DNA from: an uncultured virus (IMG/VR IMGVR_UViG_3300010370_000033)
Taxonomy: Duplodnaviria; Heunggongvirae; Uroviricota; Caudoviricetes
Virus record (IMG/VR): IMGVR_UViG_3300010370_000033
Direction: 5' to 3' (one strand)
Length of the DNA: 64,000 bases
Numbering within the stretch: the first letter of the stretch is position 1; the number at the start of each line of letters is the position of its first letter. Positions 19,497-32,000 of this stretch are shown one piece after another. Under the pieces are notes generated by a model, which saw nothing but the letters and a program-made list of their open reading frames with translations, did no database searches and had not been told where the DNA came from. Position numbers and translations under genes: made by a program.

Positions 19497-19710
19497 TGAA
19501 AATACTCCTAAGTAAACTATGAATTTCATTTAATGTATTTTTAATATCATTCACTTCAGTCTCAAGTTGATGAATTTTTAAATTCTCCTTTTCTTTTTGC
19601 TTTTTAATTAAAAGATAATTTTCATATTCTGTTTTATTTGTATTTAAAACAGCACCACTTACTTCATCTTTGAGTAAATTGCTATTTCCTTCTATTTTTG
19701 AATATCTCAT
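19483..19710 (-). CDS. Conserved small coiled-coil protein upstream of g13
   Basis: MRYSKIEGNSNLLKD..SGAVLNT; start reassigned to the ATG just after the upstream stop. Confidence 0.65.
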   Translation of the reverse strand: MRYSKIEGNSNLLKDEVSGAVLNTNKTEYENYLLIKKQKEKENLKIHQLETEVNDIKNTLNEIHSLLRSIFNESR

Positions 19711-19711
19711 T

Positions 19712-22198
19712 TTATGCAAGAGCAATTACTCTTAGATCCTTAATTCTTGGTGGGAAAGCTTGATTTGTAGATGAACCTACTAGCTTAACACTAAAATATT
19801 TGAAAGGTGCTAGAGAATCAATTGTAAATTCATATTCTTTAAATGGTATCTCAAAACTTTCAAATCCTAGTTTGTCTGTTTTGATTATTTTCTTATCTTC
19901 TCTTCCATCAGATTGTGAATAATTTATAACTTGTCCTGAACTATTTAAATTCGTATAACCAGGAAATGGATAGTAAATCATATCAGAATTTAATTCATTT
20001 TGAATTGCATAAAGTGCCCTTAAATCACTGTAGTTATTGATGTATGCAGTCACTAAAACTTTAATTGAAGTTGCTGGAATTTCAAGTTCTACAATATTTG
20101 TAGCATATACAAAGGCTGATGGATCGTCTTTTAATGTGTTTACACGATTATCGGTTACATAATTTTGAATTGGATTATTGATGCGATTGCTTACAAAAAT
20201 CATACCCAAACGATCCAAATCAATAACTGGTGAAATTGAAGAATTTGTTGTTGTTAGTGTTAAATTTACATTTAGAGATTTATTTCCAGGAAGAGTGGAT
20301 AAAAGTGTATCCTCATTTACCTTAGAGCATACAATTCTAGGTGAATTGAAATAGTTATTTTTATCTAAACCAATATCAGCATATCCTTTATCTTCAAAGG
20401 AATTTTCATTTCCATCTACACTTGTTCCGGATACTGTTCTCATTTTTGCGGAAATATTTGTTCCGTTTAAAATCATTGTTTGGATATTTGGTCTTACGAT
20501 TTCATATTGAATATTTTGTGTCGCATTAATCAAATTTCCTCCAGTCGATTTTGATTGATTTGCATAAAGTTTCGGAAAATTTGTTCCTAAACTTCTATCA
20601 ACTTGACCCAAAGGAAGAGATTGTGTTTTTCCATCTTGAGAAGTATCAATTTTAATTGTATAGTAATCTAGATCAATAGAATCACTTATTGTGGAATCTT
20701 GTAAAGAATGTGTAGTATTAATTCTTCTTAAAGAAATTCCATTTAGTTCATACTTATAAACTTGTGTTCCTGAAGAATAACTTGATGATAATGTTTGATC
20801 AATTCCTCTTGTGATTCCTGTTAAAGAAGTTGCCGTTGTTCCAGTGTAAGCAATGATTTCATTTCCTATTAATGCGTAACCTGGATTTGTCGTTCCTATT
20901 CCGATATTCTCAAAAGTTGAAAAATTAATAGTTCCATCCACATTAATATCTGAAGTTGAACTACTACTATATTCTTCTGTAATTTTGATGGGTTTAATAT
21001 CAGAAGATACTTTTGAAATACGAACAACATTCTCTGTTGCGTGCATTCCGTGATTTTTATGATTTACCCTAACGTGAAGTCCATCGGATTCTACTTGAAT
21101 TCCATCAGATATAATTCTTACATTTCCACCAACTGAAGAATTTAATGCAGTGGTGATTCCAGAGCTATTAATAAAATAAATTGATTTTGCTACTCCGGCT
21201 TCAAAATCTCCTTGAACATTATCTAAAATAATTTCATTTGAACCATTTATAGTTTGAATTGAAAGTTGTAGGTTTCTTCCAAGAGTTAATGCGCCTATCT
21301 GAGTTGCGGTAACTACATCACCGATTGAATATCCTCTTCCTCCATTCGAAATTGTAGCTGCAATTGCGACTCCATTACTAATTGTAATATTTGCTGTCGC
21401 GTTTTTTCCATTTCCAGTTATGGAAGAAAGTGAGACATTAGAAAATGTTAATGAGCCAGATGATGGAGTATATCCTATTCCAGCATTTATGATTCTTAAA
21501 GTTCCTGTAGATGTTCCTGCAGAACCTACATAATTTCCAGAAGCATTTGTTCCTGGTTGAATTATAGTATTTCCTAATTTTAAATCATTATCTTGTAAAG
21601 TTGACCCCAATCCAACTCTAATTTTTCTAGATGAAAATTCAAGAGAATTTGAAAGTAATGTTGCTACTTGATTATTTCCCAAACTAAGATCGGGATTATA
21701 TAAATTGATATTTCCGGATGTTTGATTGAATTTTGCTCTGTAGAGTGTGAACTTTAAGTCTTCATATGGACTCTCATTCCAAGTGGTTGCGTTTTGAGAT
21801 TTAAATAGACCACCAGAAAGAGGTTGCTTATAAACTAAGATTTTATCTGTTGAAGTATTTGGTTCTCCTAATTTTGACACCCAAACATTATATCTATCAG
21901 AATTTGATAGTAAAACAATTGAATGAAATTTTTGTCCAGTTAGATATATTGGAGACTTAAAATAAACTCTTGTTGGAACAGAAGCATCTTGTGAAAGATT
22001 TACTGATGATGGATTTAAAACGATTTCACTAAAAGGATATACTTTATCAGTAGGTAATCCTAATTCAATTGGTCTGAGTTGAATTGTAACCGGAAGATTA
22101 ACATCCTTAGATTGAAAATAAAGATCAACAGAAGTCACGAAAATTCCAGATTCTTCTTCAATATAAAATGACTGGGCTAAAGGATCTATAATATTCAT
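19712..22198 (-). CDS. Virion structural protein, C-terminal part of VrlC/DUF4815-type protein
   Basis: Begins DPLAQSF, LFKSQNATTW, EDLKF, ends PRIKDLRVIALA. Confidence 0.8.
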   Translation of the reverse strand: MNIIDPLAQSFYIEEESGIFVTSVDLYFQSKDVNLPVTIQLRPIELGLPTDKVYPFSEIVLNPSSVNLSQDASVPTRVYFKSPIYLTGQKFHSIVLLSNSDRYNVWVSKLGEPNTSTDKILVYKQPLSGGLFKSQNATTWNESPYEDLKFTLYRAKFNQTSGNINLYNPDLSLGNNQVATLLSNSLEFSSRKIRVGLGSTLQDNDLKLGNTIIQPGTNASGNYVGSAGTSTGTLRIINAGIGYTPSSGSLTFSNVSLSSITGNGKNATANITISNGVAIAATISNGGRGYSIGDVVTATQIGALTLGRNLQLSIQTINGSNEIILDNVQGDFEAGVAKSIYFINSSGITTALNSSVGGNVRIISDGIQVESDGLHVRVNHKNHGMHATENVVRISKVSSDIKPIKITEEYSSSSTSDINVDGTINFSTFENIGIGTTNPGYALIGNEIIAYTGTTATSLTGITRGIDQTLSSSYSSGTQVYKYELNGISLRRINTTHSLQDSTISDSIDLDYYTIKIDTSQDGKTQSLPLGQVDRSLGTNFPKLYANQSKSTGGNLINATQNIQYEIVRPNIQTMILNGTNISAKMRTVSGTSVDGNENSFEDKGYADIGLDKNNYFNSPRIVCSKVNEDTLLSTLPGNKSLNVNLTLTTTNSSISPVIDLDRLGMIFVSNRINNPIQNYVTDNRVNTLKDDPSAFVYATNIVELEIPATSIKVLVTAYINNYSDLRALYAIQNELNSDMIYYPFPGYTNLNSSGQVINYSQSDGREDKKIIKTDKLGFESFEIPFKEYEFTIDSLAPFKYFSVKLVGSSTNQAFPPRIKDLRVIALA

Positions 22199-22242
22199 AT
22201 TTTAATTTCTGTTGAGTTTACTTATAATTAAATATTTATTGA

Positions 22243-25200
22243 TTAACGTCTAGCGGGACGCAACCCTGCGTCTAGAGCTGCACCACCAACTGCTGCACCA
22301 GTTCTATCTATCCAAGCTTGAATTGAAGATAAACTATATCCGTCCGCAAGTGCTCTTTGGAGACCACCACCACCAATAACTGGCTGAGTTCCTCCACCAA
22401 ATGCTTGAGATTGTGATCCACCAGCATTTTGACTTACAATACCACTTGCTCCAGTATCTTTAGCATATCCACTAGCAAATCCTTGATAGACCTTCTCTCC
22501 CCCTCCACCATCACCAGAAGAATACGAAGAAGCTGGTGGAACATAAACAGAGCCAATTACACTACTTCCTACTACAGTTGGAGAACCAGTTTCGGAAACT
22601 GTTTTACTTTCTGAAGTGGTTTGGGATTCAACCCTAGCATTTCTAACAAGAATTACATTTTCTTGAACAGTATTAATCTTTCCATCAACAAAATACTTCT
22701 CTTCTGCACTAGTGATTGTTTCTCCAATAAGTTGAGAATTTGAAGAACTACTTGTAATTCTAAAGAGTTTAGTTCCGGCTTGGAATCTTGGATTTACATC
22801 AATATTTCCATTTGGAATAAAGAAAGAACCAATAATTTCTCCTAAATTATCTGTAATTAATCTCAAATCCGTAACTGTAGCTTCTGCGCCACTTGTCTGC
22901 CCTTTTAGTTTCATAAGTGGCGCAATGTATCCACTAAATTGACCTTGAACCGTATTTGATAAACTAAAGGTGTCAATATTTAAAATTGTAGAAGTGGAGG
23001 AATATGTAGTAGGAATTACTGATGTTGTTTCTTGAGCATATGGATTTATGGTAAAGATATCAGATGGATTATTATAAGTTCCATATTTATGATTTTGTTG
23101 AGCAACTCTAAAAGTTATTTGAGGTGAATTTCCACTAGAATTATCAAAAGAACCAATTACAGTTTCTCCCACTTGAAAAACACCTTGTCCCATTGTAATT
23201 TCAAGTAATTTAGGTATCGCAAAATTGGTTACATTTATACCATCAAAAAAGCAATATACTCTTGTAAATGGTTTTAGCCTTCTTCCACTGAATTCAATAT
23301 TTCTAGATCTTACATAAGGAATAATTTCAGAACTTAAAACTTGATTTCCAAAAGAAGTTTTTGCAAATTCTTCTTTTAATAATTGTCTAGTTCCAGATCT
23401 TGTGGAAGTTCCAGTTTTTGTAATAGTTTGTAGTTGTTCTCTTACAATATTATAACCTTGAGTTACGTCTCTTGTTGATGATGATGAAGTTGAACCAGTC
23501 CATGTTGTTTCCCAAGATCCCCAAGTTACAGGACTATATCCACTTTGAGCATCAAATCCTTGAGATATTAGTTGAGATCTTGTTTCATTATAATTTCCTT
23601 CAGCATTAATTGTCTTTGCTGCAACCTGAACTTGATCTACCCATACATCAGATGATGGGAAGAGTTCAACAGTTCCACCAAAATAATCGGAAACATATGG
23701 ATTTACATTTACTACTCTTGTGGAAAATGGCTGTTGAATATAAGACTCTTCTTCATAGTCTAGAGTAATAAGTTGTCCAGTTCTTTTAATACCAGTTCCA
23801 ATCAAATTAGTATCAGTTCTAGCATCTGCAAGAGAGTTTACCGAAGTTCCAATACCAACCAAAGAATTTGTTCCTAGAAGAAGATCAATACTTGTGGTAT
23901 AATGAGTTGGGCGAAGTTCCGACTTTTGGACATCAATAGAATTTTTAACAATTGTAAGTTTTTGCTGAGTATTTGTTGAAGAAAAATCATCAACAAAGAA
24001 CCCAGATTTGAAACGATTTAAACCATTAGAATCTGTAACAAAAAGATTTGAAGTATCACTTTCTAGTAATGAAAGAGATGTATAATACTCTAAATTTTTA
24101 ATTCTATCTTCAAGTTTGCTGATATCATACATCTGATATCTTTTATGTTTTGTAAGAATCACACTTGAATCATTAACATCGCAAAGATATGGTGGTAATA
24201 AAACTGTTGCAATTTCTAAAGCATCATCTCTTGATGTTGGTTCTTGTGGAGTTTCTGATGGAACACCAGAACTAAGCTGAAAAATTCCATTTTTTGTCAG
24301 AAAAATTTTATCAATTCTTGAAAGGTAGAATGAATAACTTAAAAGAATTGATTCATCCGAAGCTAAAATATTTGTATATAAGTTATCCGAAGAAACAAAG
24401 GTTCTACCTAAAAATTCAAATGGTGATCTAGAACCTTCTGAAATAGTAGATGTTGCAACTCTTGGTCTAATGTCCAAAATATCAGAATTTCGGATTTCAT
24501 TAATTTTTCCAATATCACAATAATCAAATTGTTGATAAGAATTTGCAGTAACTAAATCTCCAGTATCCGATGAAGAAAATCCAGCAGATTCAAAGACAAT
24601 TTTTAATTTTCTTGTCGGTTCTTTAGTTGTTTTATTGCGAATTAGTTTTGAATAATCATAAATTGTGTTATTTTGATTTGAATTTAAAATAAAAGATGAT
24701 GTGATATTGTTATCGCCTGAATTGACAGAAGAAATATTTCCAACAATTCCAGACTCTTTAAAAAGAACCTCTTCTCCCTCTATAAAAGAATTGGAATTTA
24801 AATAATTAAAAGAGAGTTGTAGATCATTAATTTTTTCTACATAAATTCCAATGGTTTGACTAGATTTTCCAACAAATTCTTCTCCAATTAATAAATCACC
24901 AACTTTGTTTGTTGGGCCATTCAAATTAGTAATTACTAAATTTGGTAAATCAGGTGAATTTGTATCATTAGATTCAAAAATACCATAAATTTTTGTTACA
25001 TCTGGCTCTAGTAAACAAATTTCCTCATCTTGAACTCTTGTTCCATAAGGATAATTTCCATAAGAAAGCCCATCATTTAAGGTGGTTGAGCCTATTCCAG
25101 AAGCAGAATACTTTGACTTATCAACTATTAATGTTTTAATTCTGTTTCTATTTTTGATTTTTGATTTTACATTAATTTTTCTTAATGTTGCGATCAATTT

Positions 25201-27492
25201 TGCCGAGCCATTGGAACCCAATCCATTAATTGTTAAAGTTTTAGAACCATTCGTAAAAACAAATTTATCTGAACTTAATGGTTCTGTAGTTCCATCTTGA
25301 CGAATCAAAACATATCTCTCTTCATCAAAAGGTAAAAATGTTTCGTTTTCACTGTTTGAATCAATTGAACCCGTTGAGTTTGATGTAATCGTTACGTCAA
25401 ATTGTTTCCGAATTGTCAGATAAGAATTTGTTAAATCTACTGATGATATATTTCTTTTTGGTAATTCTGTATAAAGTGCATTATCAGTTGAAGATTGTAA
25501 ATTAGTGGTTAGAATTTTAAAATCTGATGGATTAATTGTGCTTGATGGAAGTGCTCCATCACAAATACCAGAAACTGTTGTTACGCCACTAATTGTAATA
25601 GAATTTAAAGATACCCCCTCAACTTTTGCGTAAGTAGTTGTTGTTACGCCAGGATTTGAAAAGGAAACTAAATTGCCAGTAGATGCAACTCCTACAAAAT
25701 TTACATTGGTTGAAATTACAGTGCTAATTCCAGAAGAACCCGGAGTAATTGTAACTTGTCCAATTGTAGTGATTGGCGACTGAACTGTATCTGCTGTAAA
25801 AGTATATGCACTCCCAACAATACCATATAATGATTTTATATCACCTGTGGTATATGGCCTTACTTTTGTAGTAATTCTAGAATTTTCAATACCATTGAAA
25901 GATAATTTTTCACCAATAGAAAAATTACCTTGAGAACTGTAGACAATTATATTTCCACTATTCGTTACACTATTTCTTAAATATGCAATTGCCCCACTCT
26001 GAGAACCTTTAATTTGTGTTGGAACGGACAAAGTGATGGGTTCATTTAATTCTATAATTGTATAAGTTTGAATATCAAAAAGAGTAATGTCCCATTGATT
26101 TTGATTTAAGTTTGTTGTATTATATGAACCAGACTCTAAAGCAAAATCATAAACCCTAGCAAGTCCAATTTCATTTCCGGGAGCTGTAGTTTGTGAAGAA
26201 CCAACTCTAGAATCACGAAGACTTACTGTATATGTTGTAGAAAGTCCAATGACTGGAGAACCGTATACTCTATTCAGAGTAAATGTTGGTCCAGTAAAAT
26301 AATTAATGGATTCATTTTCTAGTGTTTTTGTAGTTCTTGGTTTTGGAAAATCTAGAAAAACTGGACTAATAGTTTCGACTTCATATCCTCTAATATATGC
26401 TTTAAGAGGTGAAATTTTATATGTTCCTGTGCTTTCATTTGGAACATTTCCATTATATGTTAATTCATTCTCTAAAAATATTCCTTCATTTCCCTTAAAA
26501 TTATTTAAAGTTTCTTTTGCAACTATATTTGGTGCATTTACAAAATAATCTCCAGATTCATCATAGGTTCTTCTTGCAAATTCTTGAGAAAGAATATTAT
26601 ATTCTGGAGTGTTATTGATAGAAATTAATCTCCCCTCTCTAACTTCCAAAAGTTGAACGAAATTTTCTACATCTGTAGATTCAATTGGAATTTTTGATAA
26701 TTGAATAAACAGTGAAAATCTATCGGCTCCAGGTGCCGCATAATTGGAAAATCCTTGAGCATTATCATTTAAAGATGAATCTTCATATGAATTTTTAATA
26801 TCTTCAAAAATTTTGAATCCAATTTTATAGCTAGGTCTATTTGAATATTGATCTAAGTATAAAATGTCTTTAAATGCATTTACAAAATATCCCCGAATAA
26901 AATATACACCTTCTTCAATAAAAACTCCAGAGCCAATTGCTGTTGCATTTTCGGAAATTGTAATTCCTATTCCTTCGCCAGCTTTTAGAGTAATTCCTAA
27001 ATTTTCAAACTCATCACCTAAAGCAGCATCCTCATTCATTACAATCTTTTCGCCATCCAAAAATTTAGATTGCGAATTTGTATTTGAGTCTGAATTTAAA
27101 TAACTTACATATATCGTAGTTTTGTTAATTTCCGAAGTACTTCTTGAAATATATGAATTTATAACAGCGGTTACTCCACTAACTTCGCCTTTTATTTTCT
27201 TTTTTGTTAAATATGGTAAATATACTTCAGGTGAGTATCCGTTGTACGTATCTTCTAAAATAACTGCATTTAAATCATTACGATATGAAATATTTCCAGG
27301 AATGACCGCAGAACCTTCTTTAAAAACGTGAGAACCAAAAAGTTCAATTTGATTTTGAAGAATTGTTTGTAATGTAGTTAATTCTCTTGCTTGAACTGGA
27401 TAACCAGGTTTAAACAATACTTTATGATAACTTTTGTTTGGGTCAAAATCATCAAAATAAGGAGAAACGTTAAGATTAGTTTTCTGTGGCAT
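22243..27492 (-). CDS. Virion structural protein, N-terminal part of VrlC/DUF4815-type protein
   Basis: MPQKTNLNVSPYFDDF, QARELT, APGADR, RRTYDESGDY, RIKNLEYYTSLSLLE, FKSGFFVDDF. Confidence 0.85.
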   Translation of the reverse strand: MPQKTNLNVSPYFDDFDPNKSYHKVLFKPGYPVQARELTTLQTILQNQIELFGSHVFKEGSAVIPGNISYRNDLNAVILEDTYNGYSPEVYLPYLTKKKIKGEVSGVTAVINSYISRSTSEINKTTIYVSYLNSDSNTNSQSKFLDGEKIVMNEDAALGDEFENLGITLKAGEGIGITISENATAIGSGVFIEEGVYFIRGYFVNAFKDILYLDQYSNRPSYKIGFKIFEDIKNSYEDSSLNDNAQGFSNYAAPGADRFSLFIQLSKIPIESTDVENFVQLLEVREGRLISINNTPEYNILSQEFARRTYDESGDYFVNAPNIVAKETLNNFKGNEGIFLENELTYNGNVPNESTGTYKISPLKAYIRGYEVETISPVFLDFPKPRTTKTLENESINYFTGPTFTLNRVYGSPVIGLSTTYTVSLRDSRVGSSQTTAPGNEIGLARVYDFALESGSYNTTNLNQNQWDITLFDIQTYTIIELNEPITLSVPTQIKGSQSGAIAYLRNSVTNSGNIIVYSSQGNFSIGEKLSFNGIENSRITTKVRPYTTGDIKSLYGIVGSAYTFTADTVQSPITTIGQVTITPGSSGISTVISTNVNFVGVASTGNLVSFSNPGVTTTTYAKVEGVSLNSITISGVTTVSGICDGALPSSTINPSDFKILTTNLQSSTDNALYTELPKRNISSVDLTNSYLTIRKQFDVTITSNSTGSIDSNSENETFLPFDEERYVLIRQDGTTEPLSSDKFVFTNGSKTLTINGLGSNGSAKLIATLRKINVKSKIKNRNRIKTLIVDKSKYSASGIGSTTLNDGLSYGNYPYGTRVQDEEICLLEPDVTKIYGIFESNDTNSPDLPNLVITNLNGPTNKVGDLLIGEEFVGKSSQTIGIYVEKINDLQLSFNYLNSNSFIEGEEVLFKESGIVGNISSVNSGDNNITSSFILNSNQNNTIYDYSKLIRNKTTKEPTRKLKIVFESAGFSSSDTGDLVTANSYQQFDYCDIGKINEIRNSDILDIRPRVATSTISEGSRSPFEFLGRTFVSSDNLYTNILASDESILLSYSFYLSRIDKIFLTKNGIFQLSSGVPSETPQEPTSRDDALEIATVLLPPYLCDVNDSSVILTKHKRYQMYDISKLEDRIKNLEYYTSLSLLESDTSNLFVTDSNGLNRFKSGFFVDDFSSTNTQQKLTIVKNSIDVQKSELRPTHYTTSIDLLLGTNSLVGIGTSVNSLADARTDTNLIGTGIKRTGQLITLDYEEESYIQQPFSTRVVNVNPYVSDYFGGTVELFPSSDVWVDQVQVAAKTINAEGNYNETRSQLISQGFDAQSGYSPVTWGSWETTWTGSTSSSSTRDVTQGYNIVREQLQTITKTGTSTRSGTRQLLKEEFAKTSFGNQVLSSEIIPYVRSRNIEFSGRRLKPFTRVYCFFDGINVTNFAIPKLLEITMGQGVFQVGETVIGSFDNSSGNSPQITFRVAQQNHKYGTYNNPSDIFTINPYAQETTSVIPTTYSSTSTILNIDTFSLSNTVQGQFSGYIAPLMKLKGQTSGAEATVTDLRLITDNLGEIIGSFFIPNGNIDVNPRFQAGTKLFRITSSSSNSQLIGETITSAEEKYFVDGKINTVQENVILVRNARVESQTTSESKTVSETGSPTVVGSSVIGSVYVPPASSYSSGDGGGGEKVYQGFASGYAKDTGASGIVSQNAGGSQSQAFGGGTQPVIGGGGLQRALADGYSLSSIQAWIDRTGAAVGGAALDAGLRPARR

Positions 27493-27501
27493 AATCCTTG
27501 A

Positions 27502-29055
27502 TTAGAATTGCAAAATAACTTTGATATCTTCTTTTTGATTTGGGGACCTTGTTATAGAAGGTCTATTGTCAACGTAAATAATATTTCCAGAATATTTTTT
27601 AACTTCCGGATTTGAAACTCCGTTAGTGAATGTCTGACCCAAATAATATGTTCTACTATTTATTGTTGTAGATACACCTGAGAAATTAGTATCAATACCC
27701 AGTGTTACACTTCCACCAACAATGCTTAAAGATCCACCGGATGAAGGCGATGAAGTAAACCGATTTAAGTTAAATCCATAATTTGGATTTGAGTTAAGTG
27801 TTCCATCCGTATTAAATCCAACTAAACTTTTATCCTGCCAATATTTTAAAATACCCGTGTTTTGATCATAAGAAACAACTCTTCCAACTGCAGTTGAACC
27901 TACTCCTACAGTTTGAGTAACTTTACTGTCAGCAGCAAAAACTGCACTACTATAGCCAGTTCCTACTAATTTTAAAGCATAAACCGCACTTGCTTGATCT
28001 AAGGTTAACTTAGAGAACGCATCGTATGCTTGTGGATTTTCTACTATTCCAACTCTAGCAATTTGATTTCCAGTGATAAAATCTGGATTTTCTGTGCTAT
28101 TTTCAATTCTAGAATAAATGAGAACATTATATGCTCCCAATTCGCGATATATGTCCGCCCCGTGACCACCTTGAGGTGGAATAATAACATTAAAAATTGG
28201 GACAGTAGATCCAGTAGGAACATTCCCCGATACAAGATCTACTGTTCCATAAGTATATCCAGAACCACCTTTTGAAACGGTAATGGATTCTACCTTTGAA
28301 TCATTATTAATTACGATAGTTGCTTCTGCTCCAGTTCCATCCCCTCTTATAGGAACTCTAGTATAAGTTTGATTCGCAGTTCCAATTCCAGTTCCACGAT
28401 TTACTATGGTAATAATTTTTAGTTGTTCACTAGTTGCCGCATTGTTACGAACGGGTGCATTTTCGGAACTAGAATCCCAATTTAAAGGAACTGGAATAAA
28501 ATTAGTAGAATCAAACTTAATGATATCACTTGGCTTGATAGTATAAAGATACTTCCAAATGTAGCCATCCCCACTTTCTCCAGCAGTTCTGGGCTCTAAA
28601 TCAGTAAAAGTTGGTTGATCTAATGAGGGTTTTCCTGTTGGATTTTCTGGATCAGTTCCATTATGTAAACAAATATAAACTCTGTAATCTTCATTAATTA
28701 CGTAATAATTTGCGGAATATAAATTTGTTGCCCCAGATGGCTTTGATGTATTAGTTCTACTAATATCGTGACGATACATATCATAAGTTACACCTGAAGT
28801 CCAAGAAATCTTACGAATCACCTGACGAATATCACCAGAAGAAATTTTCTTCAGTGCAATCATAATGTCCCAATAATCATTCTCTTGTTCAAAACTATCC
28901 TTCGGTGATGGTGGATTTGAATCCCAATTTGATTGATAATCATTTGGATTCGGAAGACCTATAAAAGAATAATATGAATTACTAGAAGATGATGCTACGG
29001 AAACAAAATTTTTAGCATTCAAAATTCTAATTTGATCAGTTATGATTGCTGCCAT
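27502..29055 (-). CDS. g8: Baseplate wedge subunit gp8
   Basis: MAAIITDQIR, YDMYRHD, DGYIWKYLY, QKEDIKVILQF. Confidence 0.92.
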   Translation of the reverse strand: MAAIITDQIRILNAKNFVSVASSSSNSYYSFIGLPNPNDYQSNWDSNPPSPKDSFEQENDYWDIMIALKKISSGDIRQVIRKISWTSGVTYDMYRHDISRTNTSKPSGATNLYSANYYVINEDYRVYICLHNGTDPENPTGKPSLDQPTFTDLEPRTAGESGDGYIWKYLYTIKPSDIIKFDSTNFIPVPLNWDSSSENAPVRNNAATSEQLKIITIVNRGTGIGTANQTYTRVPIRGDGTGAEATIVINNDSKVESITVSKGGSGYTYGTVDLVSGNVPTGSTVPIFNVIIPPQGGHGADIYRELGAYNVLIYSRIENSTENPDFITGNQIARVGIVENPQAYDAFSKLTLDQASAVYALKLVGTGYSSAVFAADSKVTQTVGVGSTAVGRVVSYDQNTGILKYWQDKSLVGFNTDGTLNSNPNYGFNLNRFTSSPSSGGSLSIVGGSVTLGIDTNFSGVSTTINSRTYYLGQTFTNGVSNPEVKKYSGNIIYVDNRPSITRSPNQKEDIKVILQF

Positions 29056-29076
29056 TTTACAGAGTTTTTTATCTAT

Positions 29077-32000
29077 TTATGAAATGTAATTGATGTATTT
29101 TAATGGAGAGTATCTCTCTACAATTGGAGAGGTTGAAATTCCAGATAAACCATTATTATATGCAATGAATTCTTTTGAGTTATCTCTCTCTGGAGCAGAT
29201 ATTCTTCCCCAGCTATATTCTCCATAATAACTACTATATCCAAGTCCAGTTAAATTATTATAATTTTGAACACTTACAACTACTCTTGCAACATAAGTCA
29301 GACCCATTCCAGTCACACTAGTTTGGGCAATTGAAACGGATGAAACTTGATATATGTTATCTAAGAATGTAGAACCAATTCCCACAATTGAATTTGTCAA
29401 GCTTAAAGAAGTGACTCCATTTCCTATGTTGGAATTGAAAACAACAAAATAATAATTAGTCTGTATTCCACTTATTGTGATCGCAGTTCCAACAATTGAT
29501 GAATCCCTTAAGAATGAATTTTTTGGAATTACTAGATCAAATACGATTCCAGTAGATGCAACACCAACAGAAGTTGTTGAAACTCCAGAAATAATTCCAA
29601 AATCTCCAGTATATGAGATTGGAGAAATTTCTTCAATATAATCTGAATATTTTGGTTCTTCAATTAAAACTTCAGGTATACTCGTATATCCTATTCCAGA
29701 TGAATTGATGACGATAGAGGTTACTATTCCAGATGTAATAAAGGAAGTAGCTGTTGCTCTTTGAGTAGTTCCATAACCAATTGGATTTGAAATGGTAACT
29801 AAAGGAGGATTTTTATATCCTTTTCCACCATTTACAATAGAAATTGAACTTATTGTTCCACCGACTGAAACTATTGCTGTTGCAGACGCACCAATTAAAG
29901 ATTCTTGAGAAATAATTTTAATTTTATTTCCTAAATTAGTATTTTCTTTTTGATTATCAAAGAAGGTTTTCACACTTTCTACAAATATTTCCGTAGATGA
30001 AGTTCCAACAGTTTTAATAATTCTAGTGTAAGGATAAATTAACGGCTCGTAAATATTTCTATTTTTACCTACAGATTTTCCATCAATAAATAAGTCCTCT
30101 GTTTGTCTGCACCATTTAACTGGTCTAGTATAATTTTCATTCAGTGAAATTCCTGGACCAAAATAAAGATTCGTATTTAGATTATCACTAGAACGAACTT
30201 CAGTCACAATTCTTTCATTTTGGCTATATGCCATATCATCATCGTTTAATTGAACCTTATCTCCAAGTTTGATACTTTCTAAAATATCAACAGTCACAAT
30301 ATCAATATCTGATGTTCCTTGATAGAAAAGAATTTTTGATTTGTCTCCCGGTTTTGGTGGCTCGGTAAATGTGATATAACTTCCACCATTAAAAATATAT
30401 CCTTCTTTAGGTACTTGAAGAATATCATTGATAAAAATTAATAAAGTTGCATCATTGTCAATCAAAGAACCACTCTTTGCTCTAATAGACTTTTGTTCAC
30501 CATTTACAAAAATAGGAAATGAGACTGTTTTCCCATCAAAAAGAGAATCAATAGAGTCAATTACAAGAAGATCTCCTATACTCCACCCGGAAAATTTATT
30601 TGAATACGTTTCTTCAATTGTAATTTGAAACTCATTATATGAGAGAGATGTATTTGTAGGAATTCCTACTGTTCCTCCTATGGCAACGGTAAGAATTTCT
30701 CCTTTCTTATATCCATACCCAAAGTTTTTTATCTCAAAATCAATTACACTTGAACCTTGCCCAACTACAACATTAATCTTTGCTTGTGTTCCGACTCCTA
30801 AAGAAGAAGATGAACTATAAATTAAAGGTAAATTAGAATAAGATAGTGGTGAATCAAAAATTACAAGTGGTGGATTGGTTGAAGTATATCCTGTTCCAGG
30901 ATTTGTAATTGATATTCCAACAATATGTCCATCTTGAATTGAGGCAGTTCCAATGTAAGTGATTTCTGAATTATAAACACTGGAAGTTGCAACTCCAACA
31001 TTTACTGTCTGAATTCCAGAGCGATACCCAGATCCACTATTTCCGATACTGATTGATGAAATAGTTCCCAATCCAGAGATGACTGCGGTTCCTCCCGCAG
31101 AAACTAATGGCTGAAATCCAAATCCTTGCGTAGAACCAACGGAAACAATAATTCCGCCTACAGGAATAATTGCAGTATTTACATAGTATGAAGTAGAAGA
31201 AATGTTTCCTGTAAATTGTATGCTTGTAATTCCTACACTTTCTTTTAATTCATAATCACCCAAAACACTTACGGGGAAAGAGTTTCTTTGTGGTCCTTGA
31301 AAAATTTCATTAATTAATATAACTGAATTTGAGGTAGAAATTCCCGTAATATTTGACCCATTGGAAGTTAAAGTAAATGAGGTAGTAAATCCAGAAAATT
31401 CTGATGATATATCATCAAAAATATAATTTTTTTCGTAAGGCTCTTCGGAACCATTCGAATTTGCAGATCTCATAAAAGTTCTTCCACTAAAAGAAGATGA
31501 GCTTGTCAAGCCTTCATAGTCTACGTCATTCGGATTTCCTGTGGTAGTTCCTATACCAATTTTACCATAAGGGGCAGTAGAAAAATGTATGGTGTTGTCT
31601 ATTATGTTATAATCACCAAAAACTTTTGTGATTACACTCCCACTTGAATGTGTTGAAATTCCCGTTCCCAACCAAGGGCGGGAAACCAAAAATACATTGG
31701 TGCTTCCAAAACCAACAGAATTGATTCTCATTATTTCGTCATTCACTTGAATCAAGTCTGCTCCAAAAAATGAGGTAATTCCAGAAACTTTAATTGTATT
31801 ATCTGGAATTGAAACATCATTAATTAACGTTGTAGTAATTGCCGTTGAGACTACCGGCGATTGAATGACATTATCAATTGTAATTAAAACTTTTGTATTC
31901 TGTTTTTTGGATGTAAATTTATGGCTTACACCAACACCAACAGAATTTAAAGTTAAAGGAATGGGTATCGTCTTTAATGCATTTTCTATGGTATCAGACA

